Origin: an uncultured Muribaculaceae bacterium
Lineage (GTDB): Bacteria; Bacillota_I; Bacilli_A; RF39; UBA660
DNA: 60,454 nt
NCBI GenBank assembly: GCA_964425325.1
Contig: CAYRLX010000005.1
Location: 1-60,454, forward strand
Direction: 5' to 3'
Positions 56,860 to 60,454 of this stretch are shown one piece after another. Both the position numbers and the translations under genes were made by a program. Every line of letters starts with the position of its first letter. The first letter of the stretch is position 1. The notes beneath the pieces were generated by a model. It ran no database searches, was not told the origin of the DNA, and saw only the letters and a program-made list of their open reading frames with translations.

Positions 56860-58801
56860 CACTTTTCATTTCAAATAAAATATCTCTTAGTTCCATTGCT
56901 CTTTCAAAATCTAAATTCTTAGCTGCATCTTTCATTTCCTTTTCAATATTTATCATCATAAGTTCCTTATCCTTCTTAGAATACTTTTTCTTTTTCTCTT
57001 TAACTTCGATATTATTAGAAATAACATCCCTAATTTCTTTAACAATAGTCTTAGGAACTATTCCATTCTTTTTATTATACTCCTCTTGAATACTACGTCT
57101 TCTCTCAGTTTCCTTAATAGCTATATCCATTGCCCTACTTATCTCATCTGCATACATTATTACCTTACCAGAGGCATTTCTAGCTGCCCTACCGATTGTT
57201 TGAATAAGACTTCTCTCACTTCTAAGAAAACCTTGTTTATCTGCATCCATAATTGCAATCAAACTTACTTCAGGTATATCAATTCCTTCCCTAAGCAAAT
57301 TAATACCAACTACTACATCATATACACCACTTCTTAAATCATGTATTATTTGAAGTCTTTCTAAAGTTTTGATTTCATTATGAAGATAAGCAACCTTTAT
57401 ATCTAAATTTTTTAAATATACCGTGAGTTCTTCAGCCATTCTAATAGTTAAAGTAGTTATTAAAGTTCGCTCATTCTTCTCTATTTGTTTATTTATTTGA
57501 TCTACTAAATCATCTATTTGATTTTTAGTAGACTTTACTTCAATTAAAGGATCCAAAAGACCTGTAGGTCTTATAATTTGTTCAATAACTCTATTATGAC
57601 TCTTTTCGAGTTCATAATCACCAGGAGTTGCAGATACATATATCACATTTTTAATTTTACCTTCAAATTCTTCAAATTTTAAAGGCCTATTATCAAGCGC
57701 ACTAGGAAGTCTAAAACCATAATCAACAAGCGCTTGTTTTCTCATTCTATCACCATTGTACATCGCTTTAACCTGCGGTAAAGTAACATGAGACTCATCT
57801 ATTAAAAGTAAAAAATCATCACCGAAAAAATCAATCAAAGTAGTAGGCATTTCCCCAGCTTTCCTAAGAGCAAGTTGCCTAGAATAATTTTCAACACCTC
57901 TGCAAAAACCAGTTTCTTCAAGCATTTCCAAATCATACCTAGTTCTTTCACTAAGCCTTTGATATTCAAGTAATTTATTTTCACTTTTAAATTTAGCAAG
58001 CTGCTCATCTAATTCCTTTTTTATATTTTCAATAGCTATTTTCATTTTTTTCTCGCTAGTTACAAAGTGACTAGCAGGAAATAAAGTATAACTTTTTTTA
58101 TCAGTAATTAAAGAGCCTGTAACCAAGTCAAATTCAGAAATTCTATCAATTTCATCGCCAAAAAATTCAACTCTTATTCCATGAGAATGCTGATTAATTG
58201 GAACTATTTCAAGTATATCTCCCCTAACTCTAAAAGTACCTCTTTTTAAATCAATATTATTTCTTTCATAAAGCATATCTATTAATTTTTCTATAATTTT
58301 ATCTCTATCAACTTCTTCTCCTCTATTTAAAAAAAGTACCTTATCCCTATAATCTTCTATTTCTCCAATACCATATATACAAGAAACAGATGCAACTACT
58401 ATTACATCTTTATAAGCAAGTAAACTAGAAGTAGCATAATGTCTAAGTTCATCAATTTCATCATTAATTGAGGCATCTTTTTCTATATAAGTATCTGTTT
58501 TAGCTACATAAGCTTCAGGCTGATAATAATCATAATAACTAACAAAATAACACACATGATTATTTGGAAAAAGTTCCTTGAACTCCGCATAAAGTTGCCC
58601 AGCTAAAGTCTTATTATGAGCTAAAATTAAAGTAGGTTTCCCGACTTCTTTTATAACATTTGCCATTGTAAAAGTTTTACCAGAACCAGTAACGCCTTGT
58701 AAAACTTGCTGATGTTCCCCATTTTTTATTCCATCGACTAATTTTTTTATTGCTTCAGGTTGATCTCCAGTTGGTTTATATTTAGATACAAGTTCAAACA
58801 T
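56855..58801 (-). CDS. uvrB: excinuclease ABC subunit B
   Basis: 648 aa; GVTGSGKT Walker A; C-terminal UVR domain. Confidence 0.97.
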   Translation of the reverse strand: MFELVSKYKPTGDQPEAIKKLVDGIKNGEHQQVLQGVTGSGKTFTMANVIKEVGKPTLILAHNKTLAGQLYAEFKELFPNNHVCYFVSYYDYYQPEAYVAKTDTYIEKDASINDEIDELRHYATSSLLAYKDVIVVASVSCIYGIGEIEDYRDKVLFLNRGEEVDRDKIIEKLIDMLYERNNIDLKRGTFRVRGDILEIVPINQHSHGIRVEFFGDEIDRISEFDLVTGSLITDKKSYTLFPASHFVTSEKKMKIAIENIKKELDEQLAKFKSENKLLEYQRLSERTRYDLEMLEETGFCRGVENYSRQLALRKAGEMPTTLIDFFGDDFLLLIDESHVTLPQVKAMYNGDRMRKQALVDYGFRLPSALDNRPLKFEEFEGKIKNVIYVSATPGDYELEKSHNRVIEQIIRPTGLLDPLIEVKSTKNQIDDLVDQINKQIEKNERTLITTLTIRMAEELTVYLKNLDIKVAYLHNEIKTLERLQIIHDLRSGVYDVVVGINLLREGIDIPEVSLIAIMDADKQGFLRSERSLIQTIGRAARNASGKVIMYADEISRAMDIAIKETERRRSIQEEYNKKNGIVPKTIVKEIRDVISNNIEVKEKKKKYSKKDKELMMINIEKEMKDAAKNLDFERAMELRDILFEMKSE

Positions 58802-58865
58802 ATTTACCTCCTTAAGCTAATAACTAACAACAATTTTAACATCATAACAATAATAAAACAAGGTT

Positions 58866-59684
58866 TTAAACACCTTGTTTATTACTTTTATTATCTACAA
58901 TTAAAAATATTCCAACACCTAATATCATAAATATAAATAAAAATTTTCCTTTTTTTGTTCTCTTAACATTTAAATCAAGCTCCTTAGTAAGTTTTTTTTC
59001 AGTATCAACTTTACTAGTGAAAACTTGATAAAAACTTTTCTTCTTATCTACTTGATAAGGAATAAAAGAATTTCCTTTTTGAACTGCTAATACAGATAAA
59101 TAAGGATTACTTTCTAAATCAAAATACTTATAAGTTATCTTCATATCCCCTTCTTTTAAATTTTCTTCATCAGGATCATTTGAATAATAAATACCTTTAG
59201 TAATAAGATCTCCTACTTTTTCCTGCTTACTATAATATTTATCTGTTGGAATTAAAGATAACCCTTTATCATCTAATTCAAAAGCCCCTATTTTAATATC
59301 AGAAACTTTTTCCTCAGAGACAATAGTTTTTAAATAATCTCCGCCAGCATTTTCTAAAGCTTTTTCTCTTTCTTTCCATTTATATTCATATTCATTATTT
59401 TCTTCATCAAAAACCTTAACATAATCTTCTACTTTTCTACTTGCCTTAATAGAGCTAAAATTTTCAAGCTCAATAAAACCAACTAAATTATTATAGTCAA
59501 TTTTACCACTGACCAAAACTAACTTACCTTCATTTTCGGGAATAACTTTTCCATCAGTAACATAAACAACTTCTTTGAGAATCTCTTTATTCATATCTTT
59601 CTCTTTATTAATATTTATAAAAGCAAATACCGTAAAATAAATTACAATAATAACAAGTATTATCTTTCCCTTACTTATTTTCAT
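58866..59684 (-). CDS. hypothetical two-anchor membrane protein (possibly TMEM43/DUF1625-like)
   Basis: ATG at 59684 follows GGTAAGGTGG. TM helices at both ends flank a soluble domain (..GKLVLVSGKI..). Family recall is uncertain. Confidence 0.45.
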   Translation of the reverse strand: MKISKGKIILVIIVIYFTVFAFININKEKDMNKEILKEVVYVTDGKVIPENEGKLVLVSGKIDYNNLVGFIELENFSSIKASRKVEDYVKVFDEENNEYEYKWKEREKALENAGGDYLKTIVSEEKVSDIKIGAFELDDKGLSLIPTDKYYSKQEKVGDLITKGIYYSNDPDEENLKEGDMKITYKYFDLESNPYLSVLAVQKGNSFIPYQVDKKKSFYQVFTSKVDTEKKLTKELDLNVKRTKKGKFLFIFMILGVGIFLIVDNKSNKQGV

Positions 59685-59810
59685 AATACACCACCTTACC
59701 ATATATATTACCATATAATGTCTTATTTATAAATAAAAACTATTTCAAACAATAAAAAAAGCTACATAATAAACGTAGCTTTTTCTCATAAATTTCTAAA
59801 AGTAAGGTTT

Positions 59811-60454
59811 TTATTTTTCATTATTTTTCTTAAGGTTTTCATATAATAAAAATGCAGCTAAACTTCCGATAATAGGAGCTAAAATAAATAACCAAATTTG
59901 TAAAAATGCCTCTCCACCTTGAATAAAGGCAGGAGCAATACTTCTAGCAGGATTAACAGAAGTTCCAGTAAATGAAATACCAATTAAATGAACTAATACT
60001 AAAGTCAAACCTATTATTATTCCAGAAAAATTAGCATATTCTTTCTTTGAAGTTACAAATAATATTACTAATATAAATACAAAGCTTAAAATACTTTCAA
60101 CAGCTAAAGCTATAAAAGGTGTAACTTCAGTACCATTAGGTAAAACTCCACCAAAACTATTAGCACCCAAATTAGAAAAATCTCCTAAACAAAGTCCTAA
60201 TAATAATGAACCAGCAAAAGCTCCAAGTACTTGGCTTACAATATAATAAATTGCCTCATCCTTACTCATCCTATTATCAAGCATCATAGCAAGAGTAACA
60301 GCTGGATTTAAATGACAACCAGAAATCTGACCTATAGAATAAGCCATCACAACAATAACAAGTCCAAATGCCAAAGATGTAGCTATAATACCAGAAACTG
60401 TATTACATCCAAGTACTACCGCAACTCCACATGCAAAGAAAGTTAGCGCAAAAG
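59811..60454 (-). CDS. MIP-family channel (aquaporin/glycerol facilitator), 5'-truncated by the window edge
   Basis: Two NPA boxes (HLNPAVT, SVNPARS). The frame stays open to the window end; the ORF-track M at 60374 is an internal TTG. Confidence 0.88.
   Translation of the reverse strand, partial: FALTFFACGVAVVLGCNTVSGIIATSLAFGLVIVVMAYSIGQISGCHLNPAVTLAMMLDNRMSKDEAIYYIVSQVLGAFAGSLLLGLCLGDFSNLGANSFGGVLPNGTEVTPFIALAVESILSFVFILVILFVTSKKEYANFSGIIIGLTLVLVHLIGISFTGTSVNPARSIAPAFIQGGEAFLQIWLFILAPIIGSLAAFLLYENLKKNNEK

Overview
This is a very AT-rich, densely coding chromosomal window, and almost all genes lie on the minus strand. It looks like a low-GC, spore-forming Firmicute (SleB-like hydrolase, CwlD-like amidase, SpoIIR and a YtaF/MntP-family protein are present). 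The core is the complete S10-spc-alpha ribosomal protein supercluster (rpsJ to rplQ, 22983-36863), including secY, adk, map, infA and a manually found rpmJ; rpmD (L30) is absent. The cluster continues, interrupted, into ecfA-like genes, truA and rplM-rpsI. Other housekeeping blocks are gpsA, rpmE, murA, spoIIR, rlmH / walJ-like MBL / M23 peptidase / dnaB / rplI / DHH phosphoesterase, and whiA / yvcK / lgt / uvrB. One tRNA-Trp(CCA) is present. No rRNA, CRISPR array, transposase, integrase or reverse transcriptase was seen. The observations most worth follow-up are these. (1) A 111-bp GC-rich, adenine-poor, NNC-codon-rich patch at the lectin-like C-terminal tip of a secreted protein (44048-44158), which looks like a diversity-generating retroelement variable region or a foreign recombination mosaic. 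(2) Two promoter-equipped single-gene cassettes stacked directly 3' of rpsI, each preceded by a copy of the rpsI 3' end plus terminator and bracketed by TAGCCTAC motifs (10534-12324). (3) A pair of catalytically degenerate EcfA-like ATPases with no ecfT. (4) A roughly 6-kb accessory island splitting rplQ from the ecfA-like genes. (5) Two paralogous secreted proteins sharing a TasA/SipW-like VGYAAFS signal motif. (6) A minimal thioester-domain surface protein with its own sortase. (7) A solitary HEPN-type Abi_2 gene. All functional calls rest on motif and family recognition by eye plus synteny. No database search was run, so family names for non-housekeeping genes are provisional.
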